DNA from: an uncultured Candidatus Rokubacteria bacterium
GTDB lineage: Bacteria > Methylomirabilota > Methylomirabilia > Rokubacteriales > CSP1-6
Direction of reading: 5' to 3'
Length of the DNA stretch: 64,000 nucleotides
Assembly (NCBI GenBank): GCA_963762145.1
Contig: CAVXJS010000021.1
Span: forward strand, 1,088,001-1,152,000
Shown here: positions 1 through 10,698 of the stretch, piece by piece
Layout of the letters: every line of letters begins with the position of its first letter
How positions within the stretch are numbered: position 1 is the stretch's first letter
The notes under the pieces: model-generated
Told to the model about the DNA's origin: nothing
Databases searched by the model: none
What the model saw: only the letters and a program-made list of their open reading frames with translations
Translations under genes and position numbers: made by a program

Positions 1-509
1 GCAATCACGTAGTGCGAGAGCGACACGCGTGTGAGCCCGAACGCGTAGTTGAGCAGGTTGAAGGGGAAGACCGGCGAGAGGCGGGTGAGTCCCACGATCT
101 TCCAGCCCTCGCGGGCCACCGCCTCGTCGATCGCCTTGAACTTGGGATTGCCCTCGATCTTGCCGGCCACCCAGTCACGCGCCACGTAGCGACCCACCAG
201 GAACGCGGCAGTAGCGCCGAGGGTCGCGCTGATGGACACGATGACCGCGCCGCGAGCCAGGCCGAACACGACGCCGGCGCCCAGGGTCAGGATCGATCCC
301 GGCAGAAAGAGGACCGTGGCCGCGACGTAGAGCAGGACGAACAGCACCGGGCCCCATGCGCCGAGCCGCGCGATGGCTTCGAGCCCGGTCCGTAGCAAGT
401 TGGGCGCATCGAAGTAGCGCGCGGCCAGCAGTGCGGCCACGATGGCGAGCGCCCATAACACGAGAGCTCCGCGGGAACGGCCGCGCGACACGCTCAAGAG
501 CGTAGGCAA
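1..509 (-). CDS. TVP38/TMEM64 (DedA/SNARE-associated) family membrane protein, runs off window start
   Basis: Hand translation of a frame absent from the ORF track gives ...WGPVLFVLLYVAATVLFLPGSILTLGAGVVFG...GWKIVGLTRLSPVFPFNLLNYAFGLT; start approximate. Confidence 0.85.
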   Translation of the reverse strand, partial: MPTLLSVSRGRSRGALVLWALAIVAALLAARYFDAPNLLRTGLEAIARLGAWGPVLFVLLYVAATVLFLPGSILTLGAGVVFGLARGAVIVSISATLGATAAFLVGRYVARDWVAGKIEGNPKFKAIDEAVAREGWKIVGLTRLSPVFPFNLLNYAFGLTRVSLSHYVI

Positions 510-871
510 CTTCAACACCCTCCCGCGGCGATCGCTTCATTCGTGGGCCCTGTCGCCGTGAACCTGAGCGGCCAGACGCGGACACTCGCTGCTCAGAAGC
601 CCGATGCGCAGCGCACGGTGCCGCCATCTCGCGGGACGGGAGAGCCGGCCCGGCTGAGCGGCATGCTATGCCGGTACACCGCCAGCGTCAACCTAGCCGG
701 CCTAGGGACAGGCCGCGCAGCGCTGAGAAGACGCCAGCGGGGTCTAGACCGGGCAAGTGCCAAGGAACCGTCTTTGAGGAAATGCGCGGGTGAAGGGCCT
801 AGTGCAGAAAGGCAGCAGCCTAAGTCGGACCTAACGGATGCCAAGATCGCAAGCAACCCTTGCTGTTACTG

Positions 872-1333
872 CTACCGCTGACTCGTGATCCTCCGCCCTC
901 TGCCAATCAAGCAGGCCTTCAGGATCTTGTTGGCCTCCGGATCGTCCCCCGTCCATCGAAACGTGCCGTCAGGGTCTATCTCCGTAATGCTGGCGCCCCA
1001 ATAACCCGATTGTTCGCGGCATGCTTCAAAGTCCGCTCTAATCTGCACCAGTTGTTCCGGCGTTGGGCGAGGCTGCAGAGTAGATGCGGATTGAGTGGTG
1101 TACCCCCTGCGCTGCATGCACGCGACGTACTTATCGCGCTCCGCTGCACTCCATGCCGAGAAGACATCCATCGTTATTGTCCGTATGGGGCCGTGAACCT
1201 CATGATCGCAGTCCTTGGCGTCGACCATCTGTTGATCGGCCGTCTGCCCCCTGGTCGGGCTGAGAGCCGGTGGATAGCTGATGCAGCCGGCAAGCACCAG
1301 CGCCAGCGTAAGTGTTATCCAAGGGGGCTTCAT
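872..1333 (-). CDS. Putative lipoprotein, Cys-containing, unknown function
   Basis: MKPPWITLTLALVLAGC lipobox; GGAAGGGTGC upstream of ATG; four further Cys. Confidence 0.65.
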   Translation of the reverse strand: MKPPWITLTLALVLAGCISYPPALSPTRGQTADQQMVDAKDCDHEVHGPIRTITMDVFSAWSAAERDKYVACMQRRGYTTQSASTLQPRPTPEQLVQIRADFEACREQSGYWGASITEIDPDGTFRWTGDDPEANKILKACLIGRGRRITSQR

Positions 1334-1571
1334 GCACCCTTCCTCCTTCCTTTCGGCCAGGAAAACACGGGGGCCTCTAAATCCTTCATTAGGCAAAGCC
1401 TGTGCCGATCAGTTAAAGCAGGATTCTTGCGTACTGGAAGGCCGAGCGCTGACCGCAACTGGGAAGGAACTACCGTATCTGTTGTACCGTTTCTCCCGTA
1501 CTTTCAGTCCGAACTTCATAAGGCCGGCTCGCGTCACACACCTTCTTTGAGCTTCGAATGGTGACGCTGAG

Positions 1572-3224
1572 CTAGCCACCGACATCGCGGCTGAATAGCA
1601 AAGATCCTGACGCCTCGGGCATCCGATCGATGACATAGATACGGCCCGAGGGCGCGAGAATCCGCCGGTAGGCTACCTCGTGTAGCACCCGGGCCCCAGC
1701 GGGAGCGCGGTTGACGATGCCGTAGCGTAGCGTCCCATGTCCGGTGAGCCAGGACACCATGACGTTGCCATCCGGCGCGCGAGCGGCATGCTCGGGATGC
1801 GCGTACTGCAGCCACCCGTTGACCACGTATCCGCCGTCAAGCTCTCGCTCTTCGATCCCCGCTCGTCGAGCCCAGGCCACCGCATCCCAGAGCGCATGGC
1901 TGTACTGCAGATGATCCCAGGTGCCCACACCGCTGATGATGGCGAGCATTGCCACGCCCGCCAAGACAAGGCGCGGCCGTTGGATCCCCACCGTGCCCAG
2001 TCGGAGCGCGGTCACGAGCACAACGAGAGGCAGCACGTAACGGTCGTAGAACAGGAACAGCGCCGTGGCCAGCACGAAATAGCCCAGCGCGCCCCATGCG
2101 AGGCTTCTGGCTTCGCCGGCCGGCCTTCGTCGCACAAGTGGCGCCAGCGCCAGGGCCACCAGGACGGTGGCCACGACCGTCGCCCCGAGGGGCCACCCGG
2201 GCGGCGGGGTGGGCGGCGTCGCCAGCGGAACGAGCGCCTCCGTCGCCCCCAGCTCCCGCAGACTCCAGATGAACTCCGGATCGAGCGGGGCCCGAACCCT
2301 GTCGCCGAGGAGAAGCCCGGCTGAGAGGGCTGCGGCGACCAGCAGCGCGCCCGGAAGCGCCGCGCGCACGTTCCGGCGAGTGAGGCTGCCGAGCGCCAAC
2401 GGCGCCAGCGCGGCGCCGAGCGTCCCGATCACGACCGTGAGATTCATGACGAGCCACCTGGGCATCTCTTCGAGGGCGACCCTCACGTTCACCCTCACGT
2501 TCGCCATCCTCCATGGCCACGAGCCCTCAATCCAGGTCAGGTCCGCGCGGTGCGCCGTGAGTTCCTGGCGGGTGAGCATCAGGAGTGCCGCGACGACGAC
2601 GGGCGCAGCCGCAAGGGCGAGGCGCTGGATCCGGGGGTCCCATCCGATCGAGGGGAGCCGCGACGCCAGGAGGAGGACCCCGGAAACGAAGACTCCCACC
2701 GGCCGGATGGCGACCGCGACGCAGGCGAACAGGAGCGCGGCGGCGAGGGCGCGGGCCGAGTCTCGATTAATAGCCCGGACGAGGGCGGCGAAGAACCAGA
2801 TCACCATCGTGACAAAGGGGACGTCCGTCATGAAGGAGAAGGACAGGATGAAGAAGACGGGATAGAAGCACACGAGCGCGACGCCCATGAGGGTGTCGCG
2901 GCGGCTCGCGCCGAGCTCGCGGAGCAGGGTGTGGAGGCCGATGAGCGCCAGCAACGAGGCCACCCAGGTGGAGAGCCGCAGGGCCGTGAACGAGAAACCG
3001 AACGGGACGCAGAAGAGAGCCCCCCAGAGCACCTGCGCCACGTTCAGGCTCACCGACCAGTCCAGGATCTTGAGCTCCCCGGTGCGAAGCAGGTGCTCGA
3101 CCGACCAGGCGTACGCCCAGTCGTCGATGAAGGGCGCGTTCTGCAGCGGCCGCAGCGCGACGAGGGGCCCCGCCGACATCAGTATGATCAGGCCCAGGTC
3201 CGAGAGCTGCTCCCGCCGCTCCAA
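1572..3224 (-). CDS. GT-C fold (ArnT/PMT-like, family 39/83) membrane glycosyltransferase
   Basis: PFIDDWAY acidic motif after first TM, FMTDVPF, many TM segments, YDRYVLP. Confidence 0.75.
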   Translation of the reverse strand: MERREQLSDLGLIILMSAGPLVALRPLQNAPFIDDWAYAWSVEHLLRTGELKILDWSVSLNVAQVLWGALFCVPFGFSFTALRLSTWVASLLALIGLHTLLRELGASRRDTLMGVALVCFYPVFFILSFSFMTDVPFVTMVIWFFAALVRAINRDSARALAAALLFACVAVAIRPVGVFVSGVLLLASRLPSIGWDPRIQRLALAAAPVVVAALLMLTRQELTAHRADLTWIEGSWPWRMANVRVNVRVALEEMPRWLVMNLTVVIGTLGAALAPLALGSLTRRNVRAALPGALLVAAALSAGLLLGDRVRAPLDPEFIWSLRELGATEALVPLATPPTPPPGWPLGATVVATVLVALALAPLVRRRPAGEARSLAWGALGYFVLATALFLFYDRYVLPLVVLVTALRLGTVGIQRPRLVLAGVAMLAIISGVGTWDHLQYSHALWDAVAWARRAGIEERELDGGYVVNGWLQYAHPEHAARAPDGNVMVSWLTGHGTLRYGIVNRAPAGARVLHEVAYRRILAPSGRIYVIDRMPEASGSLLFSRDVGG

Positions 3225-3400
3225 GTCTCTTGCGCCCCTAGCCTAGATCGCGCGCAGGGTTCTTGGATCACACGCGGTGCCGCAAAGACTCTTCGAAGAT
3301 CCGGCACGTCGCCGCCCCGTGTCCACCGTATCTTCACGAAGGAGGACGCGACATGGCGCGTAGTTGCCCTTCACAACACGATGCTGAGCCCCGGGGTGAG

Positions 3401-3480
3401 ACGCTGCGCATCGACAGGGCGATCGAGGTCGACTATGTGCAGGATGGCATCCTGTAATACGTGCAGAAGCAGCTTCTCGC
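3401..3480 (+). pseudogene. acnA: C-terminal remnant of aconitate hydratase A
   Basis: TLRIDRAIEVDYVQDGIL*YVQKQLL matches the AcnA tail (RIDTPIEVDYYxxGGILxYVLRQL); internal TAA. Confidence 0.65.
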
Positions 3481-3549
3481 TGCCTGGCCCCCCACACCAG
3501 CCGAAGGAGACAGGGCATGATCAAGGTCAACGTCCGCCTCGTCGTCGAT

Positions 3550-4533
3550 TCACTCGATCACCTGGTCCGCGCGCTGGAGGAGCGACGGCGGGATCGTCAG
3601 TCCGAGCGCCTTGGCGGTCTTCTGATTGATGACGAGATCGAACTTGGTGGGCTGCTCGATCGGAAGGTCACCGGGTTTGGCACCCTTGAGGATACGGTCC
3701 ACGTAGGCGGCGCCCCGTCGATACAATTCGTAGAAGTTAGGGCCGTAGGCCAGCAGGCCCCCGGCATCCGCGTACTCCCTGACCCCGCTCACGGACGGCA
3801 GACGGCCCTTTGCGGCGAGCGTGGCGATCCGGGTACGCTCGGCGATGAACAGCGGGTCGCCAAGGACAGCCAGCGCTTCGGCTCGCTCTCGCGTCATCAA
3901 CTGGAAGGCCTTGTCGATCCCTCTGGCATCGCTCGCCGCGATAGTTTGCGCCTGGAGCCCCAAGCGACGGCTCGCCGCCTCCGCCTCCTTCACCATCTGA
4001 GTCTGGAAGGTCGCGTTGGCCGGGTTCCAGAGAATTGACACCCGCCGCCGCTCGGGAGCGACCTCCTTGAGGATCTCAAGCGATTTGCCCATGACCTCGA
4101 CAGAGACGGATGAATTGCCAGTGACGTTCCCACCAGGTCGGGCAAGACTAGGAACAAGCCCCGCTCCGATAGGATCCCCGACCCCAACCATAACGATTGG
4201 AATCGTATTCGTAGCATTCTTGGCAGCCAGCGATGCCTGCGTGACGAGCGCCACAATTACGGCCGGCTTGAGCTTCGCCAGCTCCGCCGCGAGCTCGGGG
4301 AGCCGCTCGAATCTGCCTTCCGCCCAGCGGTACTCAATGGCGATGTTCTGTCCCTCGACATAGCCATGCTCGCGCAATCCCTGTCGTAAGCCCTCCAATT
4401 GCGGCAGATCCTCGGCCCTCGTAGAGCCGAGAATGGCCATCTGGGCGACCTTCCCCACTTGCTGCGCCTCGGCGGCGAGCGGCGCGGCGAGGAGACTGCC
4501 AGTGACCATCGTAAGGAATGTTCTGCGATTCAT
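3550..4533 (-). CDS. ABC transporter substrate-binding protein (ABC_sub_bind family)
   Basis: MNRRTFL signal; GYVEGQNIAIEYRWAEG, SLARPGGNVTG, PIEQPTKFDLVIN, ends RADQVIE. Confidence 0.9.
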   Translation of the reverse strand: MNRRTFLTMVTGSLLAAPLAAEAQQVGKVAQMAILGSTRAEDLPQLEGLRQGLREHGYVEGQNIAIEYRWAEGRFERLPELAAELAKLKPAVIVALVTQASLAAKNATNTIPIVMVGVGDPIGAGLVPSLARPGGNVTGNSSVSVEVMGKSLEILKEVAPERRRVSILWNPANATFQTQMVKEAEAASRRLGLQAQTIAASDARGIDKAFQLMTRERAEALAVLGDPLFIAERTRIATLAAKGRLPSVSGVREYADAGGLLAYGPNFYELYRRGAAYVDRILKGAKPGDLPIEQPTKFDLVINQKTAKALGLTIPPSLLQRADQVIE

Positions 4534-4764
4534 CAGCAGGCGTTTCTGGCAGTTGCATGGAGGGTTCGAACAAACCGCGAGTTCTGGCAAGTGCCCCGGG
4601 CGGGATCTTGGCAGCGATCGCCAGATGCTCTGGCAGTAGGTCTCGATGGGCCCCGGTGAGTGACTCCCGAGAACCTCTAGGACGCGTGCCTCCTGAGCGC
4701 GGGAGAGCATGGCGGGCGCTATCGTAGCCGACCGGCATCACGGGGGCCAGTGGCGCCCCGCTCT

Positions 4765-4830
4765 CTACCCGGATGCCGTGCTCTCGGCCTCGGCCTGCTT
4801 CAGCCAGAACTGCATGTCCAACTGGCTCTG
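4765..4830 (-). pseudogene. C-terminal remnant of adenylate/guanylate cyclase-AAA-TPR protein
   Basis: LDMQFWLKQAEAE resembles the typical tail of this family; no upstream body. Confidence 0.45.
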
Positions 4831-5432
4831 CCCGTGCCTTGGAATCGGAATGTCATTCGCGTCCCGGATAGGGAAGGTCATTGTCCCCTGCTCGGAAGGG
4901 GAACTGGGACACGTCATCTCTTTCTCGATGACCACCTGGCATGGATTCTTCCCGGAAGTCATCGCGGAAATCGTGCCCGAACAAGAAGGCGCACCTAGGT
5001 ACACACATGGTGGCGAATCCCTCAACGAGGATCGGCCTAAAAAACCTTCTGTGCTGGAATGCGCTGGAGTGTGCCTGAGTTAGGCACAGGTTGGGCACGA
5101 ACTTGAGTAGAGTCCGAGTCAACAATCGCGCACAGGATCTATAAGCTGCCCACCCACCCTGTATGGAGACCCTATCAGGACGGAGCTTGAGTTCTCAGGA
5201 AGGTCAATACACAGGGACGCCCAAAACGCCCTCGCCTGCCCCTTCTATTTCACAGGGTTCCACGACAATAAACCGTGACGCCCCGGTGATCCGCTCTGAC
5301 CAGGCTTGGAGAGCGGGTAGACCACGAGTCCCGGCCGACCAAGAGCCAAACCGGCCGTGAGCGGGCCCGTACCTACCGAGCCAGGTTGCCTCGCCCGCCA
5401 ACCGCTCACTCCGAGCGTGTATCCTGGAGGAG

Positions 5433-6497
5433 ATGATTCCGCTCTCGGTCCTGGATCTCTCTCCCATCGTCCAAGGCGGCACGCCGGCACTGGCCTTCCG
5501 CCACACGCTGGAGCTGGCGCAGCACGCAGAGCGGCTGGGCTACACGCGGTTCTGGCTGGCCGAGCACCACAACATGCCCGGCATCGGCAGCGCGGCCACG
5601 GCCGTGCTGATTGGTCACGTGGGGGCTGGTACATCTCGCATCCGGATTGGGGCCGGGGGGATCATGCTGCCGAACCACGCGCCCCTGCAGGTGGCCGAAC
5701 AGTTTGGCACGCTGGAGTCGCTGTTCCCCGGCCGCATCGATCTCGGCCTGGGTCGCGCTCCGGGCACGGACCGGTCCGCCGCGATGGCCCTTCGGCGCAC
5801 GTTGAACGCCGATCCCGACAACTTCCCCAATGACGTGCTCGAGGTGATGGAGTTCCTGGCCGACCCTCAACCCCGTCAGCCCGTGCAGGCGGTGCCCGGC
5901 GCCGGCCTGCGGGTGCCCATCTGGATTCTCGGCTCCAGCACGTTTGGCGCGCAGGTGGCCGCGGCGCTGGGCCTGCCGTTCGCGTTCGCCTCGCACTTCG
6001 CGCCCGCCATGCTCTTCGACGCGATCGGCATCTATCGAGAGCGCTTCACGCCGTCCGCTCAGCTTTCTGCCCCGTACCTGATGCTGGGGGTCAATGTGGT
6101 GGCCGCGGCCACCGACGACGAGGCCCGATTCCTGGCGTCGTCTGGACGCCAGTCGTTCGCCAGCCTGCGATCCGGCCGCCCGATCCAATTGCCGCCGCCG
6201 TCGAAGGAGTGGGAGCGCGACCTGTCCGATCCCGGCGATCCGCTTCGGCGCTCGCGCGTGTCGTTCGTCGGCTCGCCGGGCACCGTGGCCGCGCAGATGC
6301 GCGATTTCGTGGAACGCACCCAGGCCGACGAGCTGATGGTGGTATCGCACATCCACGATCAGTCAGCGCGCCTCCGGTCGTACGAGATCGCGGCGGCGAC
6401 AATGACCGAGCCGAGCGTCCGTCCGCGGCGGCGAAGCTCGTACGCCCGCAATGTGACAAGACGACGACAGAGCTGCTGTTGCCCTGCATTCGCCTAG
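5433..6497 (+). CDS. LLM-class flavin-dependent oxidoreductase (luciferase-like)
   Basis: [48 protein letters not shown]; last ~25 aa look like read-through. Confidence 0.92.
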   Translation: MIPLSVLDLSPIVQGGTPALAFRHTLELAQHAERLGYTRFWLAEHHNMPGIGSAATAVLIGHVGAGTSRIRIGAGGIMLPNHAPLQVAEQFGTLESLFPGRIDLGLGRAPGTDRSAAMALRRTLNADPDNFPNDVLEVMEFLADPQPRQPVQAVPGAGLRVPIWILGSSTFGAQVAAALGLPFAFASHFAPAMLFDAIGIYRERFTPSAQLSAPYLMLGVNVVAAATDDEARFLASSGRQSFASLRSGRPIQLPPPSKEWERDLSDPGDPLRRSRVSFVGSPGTVAAQMRDFVERTQADELMVVSHIHDQSARLRSYEIAAATMTEPSVRPRRRSSYARNVTRRRQSCCCPAFA

Positions 6498-6510
6498 TCT
6501 AAACTGGCGC

Positions 6511-7335
6511 ATGGCTTCTACCGTCCGCATCGGCGACCTGACCGTCAACCGCCTCGGCTTCGGCGCGATGCGCGTATGCGGCACCAACATCTGGGGACCG
6601 CCGAAGAATCGTGCCGCCGCGCACGCCGTACTGCGCAAGGCATACGACCTGGGCCTCAATTTCTTCGACACCGCCGACAGCTACGGCCCCGACGTGGACG
6701 AAGAGCTCATCGCCGAAGCGCTCCATCCATACCCGAAGGATCTGGTGATCGCTACGAAGGGTGGACTGTTGCGGCCACGCCCGGGCGCCTGGGATCCGGA
6801 TGGCAGGCCCGAGCACCTCAAGCGCGCCATCGACGGCAGCCTCAAGCGCCTGAAGCTTGAGCGCATCGACCTCTACCAGTTGCACGCGCCGGACCCGAAG
6901 GTCCCGTTCGCGGACTCGGTCGGCGCCCTGGCCGACGGGCAGCGCGCCGGCAAGATCCGCCACGTCGGTCTGTCCAATATCAGCGTCAGGCAACTGGAAG
7001 AAGCGCGCCGCATCTGCGCCATCGTGTCGGTGCAGAACGAGTACAACCTCGAGAACCGCTCTTCGGAGAAGGTCCTCAAGGCATGCGAAAAACTGGGTAT
7101 CGCGTTTCTGCCGTGGTACCCGCTGGGCGCGGGTGCGGCTCTGAAATCTCCGAAGGTCAAATCCCTGGCGAAAACACACCGCGCCCGGCCTGCCCAGATC
7201 GCGCTTGCCTGGCTCCTGGCGAAATCGCCGGTGATGCTCCCGATTCCCGGCACCGCCGATCTCGAACACCTTGAAGAGAATGCGGGCGCAGCGGAGCTGA
7301 TGCTGTCGCCGGCCGACATGAGAGAATTGAATTAG
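6511..7335 (+). CDS. Aldo/keto reductase
   Basis: RLGFGAMR, FFDTADSYG, IATKGG, IDLYQLH, GKIRHVGLSN, SVQNEYN, PIPGT. Confidence 0.93.
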   Translation: MASTVRIGDLTVNRLGFGAMRVCGTNIWGPPKNRAAAHAVLRKAYDLGLNFFDTADSYGPDVDEELIAEALHPYPKDLVIATKGGLLRPRPGAWDPDGRPEHLKRAIDGSLKRLKLERIDLYQLHAPDPKVPFADSVGALADGQRAGKIRHVGLSNISVRQLEEARRICAIVSVQNEYNLENRSSEKVLKACEKLGIAFLPWYPLGAGAALKSPKVKSLAKTHRARPAQIALAWLLAKSPVMLPIPGTADLEHLEENAGAAELMLSPADMRELN

Positions 7336-7384
7336 GCCGCAACCCCTCATCAGCGAGTGTATCGCGCGGCCACGATCGCGATTC

Positions 7385-7470
7385 TCGTGAGGAACACATC
7401 GATATTGAGGTGAGCCAATTCGGTGGCAAGAGTGGACAGCCGCTCAACTCTTCCCTCAGCTGATCTGCCT
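7385..7470 (-). pseudogene. Internal remnant of ABC substrate-binding protein
   Basis: RSAEGRVERLSTLATELAHLNIDV aligns with RWAEGRFERLPELAAELAKLKPAV of the gene at 3550-4533. Confidence 0.5.
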
Positions 7471-8017
7471 ACTTCCCTCGCGACGGATACACGATGATGA
7501 AGTTCGACTGGTTGGGCATCTTCACCCTGGGTAACGTCTGCGCGTTCATCTCGTCGTTCTCCCCGATGATTCCGTTGAGACTGAGCAGGTACGCGGTGAC
7601 CGCATACACCTCGTTGTCGCTGAGCGAGTGCGGCTGGATGTAGGGCATCGAGCGGCGCACGTAATCGAAGACAGTCGTCGCGTACGGCCAGTAGCTGCCG
7701 ATCGTGCGAACCGGCGCCTTGCTCGCGAGCGTCCCCTGGCCGCCGACGAGCCGATCGTTCGGCTGCCCCACCCCCTTCGCGCCGTGACACACCTGGCACT
7801 TCTGCTCGTACACGGTTGCTCCCGTCGCCGGCGTGCCTTGGCCAGGCGGCAACCCCATGCCGTCAGGTCCCACGCTGATGTCCCAACCCGCGATCTGCGC
7901 CGGCGTCGCCTCGCGCCCGAGGTTCGGACTCTCCATCGCGCTTGGGGTCAAGCCCGTGCTCACACAGCCGCCGACCGCCAGCGCGAGTGCCACGCCGAAC
8001 AGATCACGCATAGACAT
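7469..8017 (-). CDS. c-type cytochrome, SoxD-like, probable lipoprotein
   Basis: CQVCH; WDISVGPDG.GLPPG.G; TIGSYWPYATTVFDYVRRSMP; overlaps soxC stop. Confidence 0.88.
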   Translation of the reverse strand: MSMRDLFGVALALAVGGCVSTGLTPSAMESPNLGREATPAQIAGWDISVGPDGMGLPPGQGTPATGATVYEQKCQVCHGAKGVGQPNDRLVGGQGTLASKAPVRTIGSYWPYATTVFDYVRRSMPYIQPHSLSDNEVYAVTAYLLSLNGIIGENDEMNAQTLPRVKMPNQSNFIIVYPSRGK

Positions 8018-9245
8018 GCTTCACCTCGCCGTTCGCCGCGACGCCCCAGGCCTGGATGCCGTGGAAGTGGAAGATGGCGTTGGTGCCATGATCGGCGATG
8101 AACTTGTCGCGCTCTGGCTGCACCGCCCCGGTATCGTCGGTGGCGCGCGACTTGAGCAGGGTCGCGGTGCCGTCCCACTTCCACGGCAGCCGGAATCGCG
8201 TGAGCGCACGCGGCAGCACGGGCGCCACGAGCGGCGCCCCCGTCCACGTCCTGCCGCCGTCGGTCGACACCTCGACCTTCCTAATCGTTCCGTTGCCCGA
8301 CCACGCGAGCCCGGAGATCTGATGGAGCCCGGCGGCCCGAAGCGTCATCCCGTGCGAGGGACGGGTGATGACGGACTTGACCCCCATCGGGTACGTAAAC
8401 ATGAGCGACTTGCCGTCACTCTGGAGGTCGGTGTAGCGTGACGTCTCGTCCTTGGTCATGATCGGCGCGGACACGATCTTGAGGCGCCGGAGCCACTTCA
8501 CGCTCATGTTGCCTTCCCACCCGGGCAGGAACAGCCGCACGGGATAGCCATTCTCCGGCCGCAGCCGCTCACCGTTCTGGAACAGTGCGAGGATCGCATC
8601 GTCCATCGCCTTCGCGATCGGGACACTGCGACTCATGGCTGCGGAGTCCGCGCCTTCGGCGAGAATCCACTGCGCGTTGCGGTCGACACCGGCCTCCTCG
8701 AGCAGCACGCGCAGCGGCACCCCGGTCCACTCGCTGCAGGCGACGAGCCCGTGCGTCTCACCGGCAGTGAGATTCGGCGGCGCCGGCTGGTATAGGACCT
8801 GGCTGTTGCCAGAGCATTCGAGGAAGTGCACCCGGGAGATCAGTGGATACCGCAGGAGCGCATCCACGGTGAAGATCAGCGGACGCTTCACCATGCCGTG
8901 GATGAGGAGCCGATGCGTGTCCGGATCGATGTCGGGCACGCCGCTGTGGTGGCGTTCGAAATGCAGTCCGCTGGGCGTGATCATCCCCTCGAGCGACTCG
9001 AGCGGCGTGCGTGAGGCGCCGCTACCCGTCGTGCCGGGCTGCGAACGAATCAGCGTACGTGTCACCTTGCGTTCGTACTTGGCGGGGTTGCCATACTCGC
9101 TCATTCCGGCGCCGGGGACCTTCATCGACGGTGGGACTTCCGGCGGCTCGAGCGCTTCGGCGTGTTTTCCTCGGCCGGCCACTAGACCAGTCGCTGCAAG
9201 TAAGCCGAGCCCCTGTTTGATGAAACTGCGCTTGGATTGGTTCAT
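8004..9245 (-). CDS. soxC: Molybdopterin sulfite/sulfane dehydrogenase, SoxC-like
   Basis: Tat-like SKRSFIK; GLHFERHH, FLECSGN (Mo-ligand Cys), RPENGYPVRL, PGWEGNMSVKWL, ISGLAWSG. Confidence 0.9.
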   Translation of the reverse strand: MNQSKRSFIKQGLGLLAATGLVAGRGKHAEALEPPEVPPSMKVPGAGMSEYGNPAKYERKVTRTLIRSQPGTTGSGASRTPLESLEGMITPSGLHFERHHSGVPDIDPDTHRLLIHGMVKRPLIFTVDALLRYPLISRVHFLECSGNSQVLYQPAPPNLTAGETHGLVACSEWTGVPLRVLLEEAGVDRNAQWILAEGADSAAMSRSVPIAKAMDDAILALFQNGERLRPENGYPVRLFLPGWEGNMSVKWLRRLKIVSAPIMTKDETSRYTDLQSDGKSLMFTYPMGVKSVITRPSHGMTLRAAGLHQISGLAWSGNGTIRKVEVSTDGGRTWTGAPLVAPVLPRALTRFRLPWKWDGTATLLKSRATDDTGAVQPERDKFIADHGTNAIFHFHGIQAWGVAANGEVKHVYA

Positions 9246-9402
9246 CGTGGCCCTCCTGCATCTGGCGGTTCGCGTGGGATTTTCCGCCCCAATCCTCGCC
9301 ACTCTAGGCTCACCGTGGCCCGGCAGATATTGGACGAAGGTCCAATTCGACCCTAGAGATGCCGCGGGTCTAGCGCCCGAGCTACTCGGTGACCTGATCA
9401 CT

Positions 9403-9639
9403 TCAGGACATTCCTCGGACCGACAACACCAAAATAGCGATGGCGCCGAGGAGAACCATCACCAGGGTCACCGCCGCCGTGAGCCTAATCGCATCCCGAA
9501 GACTCCACCGATCGCTCCCCGCGCAGCCCCATGCGATCACTGAGGTCGTCAGTATCGCCATGCCAACGACAGCCACAAACTGACTAATCTCAGCAACCCA
9601 AACTGTGAGGTGCAGCAAGCCGCCGAGCAGCTTCGCCAT
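9403..9639 (-). CDS. Small hypothetical membrane protein
   Basis: Hydrophobic ORF from MAKLLGG; no family motif. Confidence 0.3.
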   Translation of the reverse strand: MAKLLGGLLHLTVWVAEISQFVAVVGMAILTTSVIAWGCAGSDRWSLRDAIRLTAAVTLVMVLLGAIAILVLSVRGMS

Positions 9640-9664
9640 CACCGTTGCGGCCGAGCCGGTAGCG

Positions 9665-9862
9665 CTACAGCCCCGGGCTTCCGGGGCGCATCGCAGCCTG
9701 CCGCGCCAAGCCGCGTCGACGCAGCGCACACGCGCCCGAACAACCACCGAGTAGCAAGACGACCGGCACGGCTACGACGAGCCAAGCAACCCCAAGGAAC
9801 ACGATCACCGCGGCAATGAGGCCTATCGAAGTCATACTCAGCAGGAGCAGTAGTTTGATCAT
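9665..9862 (-). CDS. Small hypothetical membrane protein
   Basis: GGAGAGG before ATG; very hydrophobic N-half. Confidence 0.4.
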   Translation of the reverse strand: MIKLLLLLSMTSIGLIAAVIVFLGVAWLVVAVPVVLLLGGCSGACALRRRGLARQAAMRPGSPGL

Positions 9863-9921
9863 CCTCTCCCCCGTAAATCGCTAGGACAGAATGCGACTTC
9901 AATCGCTCCTTTGACGATCCC

Positions 9922-10698
9922 TCACCGGCTTTCCCGCTCCCAGTACTTCGGCCGGCTATGATGCTCGAAGAGCCGGGTTTCGTACTCCCGCTCGAACGCC
10001 CGGCTTGGATCGTACTCCGGCGCCGCCTTGATGTCGTTCTGACGGAGACCAACGTGGACCTTCGACTCCGGCCAGCTCACCGTCTTGATCCACTCGGGCG
10101 AAAGCACTACCTTCTTGCCGGGCCACCAGTTGCGTGTATCGACCACTAGGTAGCGGATCGCCCATGCCGGCTCGTCGATCAGGAAGTCCTCCACGTGACC
10201 GATGTCGCCGTCGAGTGCGGCGATGTAGTAGCCGGTCACGTCGCGCGCGCTCCGGAGGTACGGATCTCCCTTAGGGCTGTCGCGGGCGGCAATCTCCTCC
10301 AGCCCCGGCGAGACGGGCGAGGGAACCGGCACCGGCGGCATCCCGGGATAGGCCATCAGACCCCAGCGATACGGGCCTTCCCAGTAGTATTGCTGGTTGT
10401 AGTAGCGCGCGAGCGCTTCCTCCTGCTGACGGTCCACCGGCTTGTCGGCGTCCATCGGCGGGCTGTTCTCCACCTGTTCCCGACTGAGGTTTACGGCCAC
10501 TTTGCCGGCCACCCGCTCCCCGCCCACCGACAACGGGGAGATCAGCACCTGACGGCCGGGCAGCCAGCTGCCGGTATCCACCACCAAGTAACGAATGGTC
10601 CACGTGATGTCGTCAAAGTACAGGTCGCGGATGCTGCCGATGTCTCCGTCCATTGCCGCGATCGAGAGCCCCCTGAACCCACTAGCCGGGTTGAGCAT
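9922..10698 (-). CDS. PRC-barrel domain protein (two tandem domains)
   Basis: Two copies of DGDIG..D...D...W.IRYLVVDT..W.PG..V..SP; AGGAGGAAGG RBS. Confidence 0.88.
   Translation of the reverse strand: MLNPASGFRGLSIAAMDGDIGSIRDLYFDDITWTIRYLVVDTGSWLPGRQVLISPLSVGGERVAGKVAVNLSREQVENSPPMDADKPVDRQQEEALARYYNQQYYWEGPYRWGLMAYPGMPPVPVPSPVSPGLEEIAARDSPKGDPYLRSARDVTGYYIAALDGDIGHVEDFLIDEPAWAIRYLVVDTRNWWPGKKVVLSPEWIKTVSWPESKVHVGLRQNDIKAAPEYDPSRAFEREYETRLFEHHSRPKYWERESR

Noticed and set aside
3452-3460. Recoding at the internal stop of the acnA fragment
   Set aside because: The stop is TAA and the fragment lacks the rest of the gene.
4830-5430. Short overlapping ORFs between the ABC SBP and LLM genes
   Set aside because: No recognisable motif or convincing RBS, so I could not choose a coding frame.
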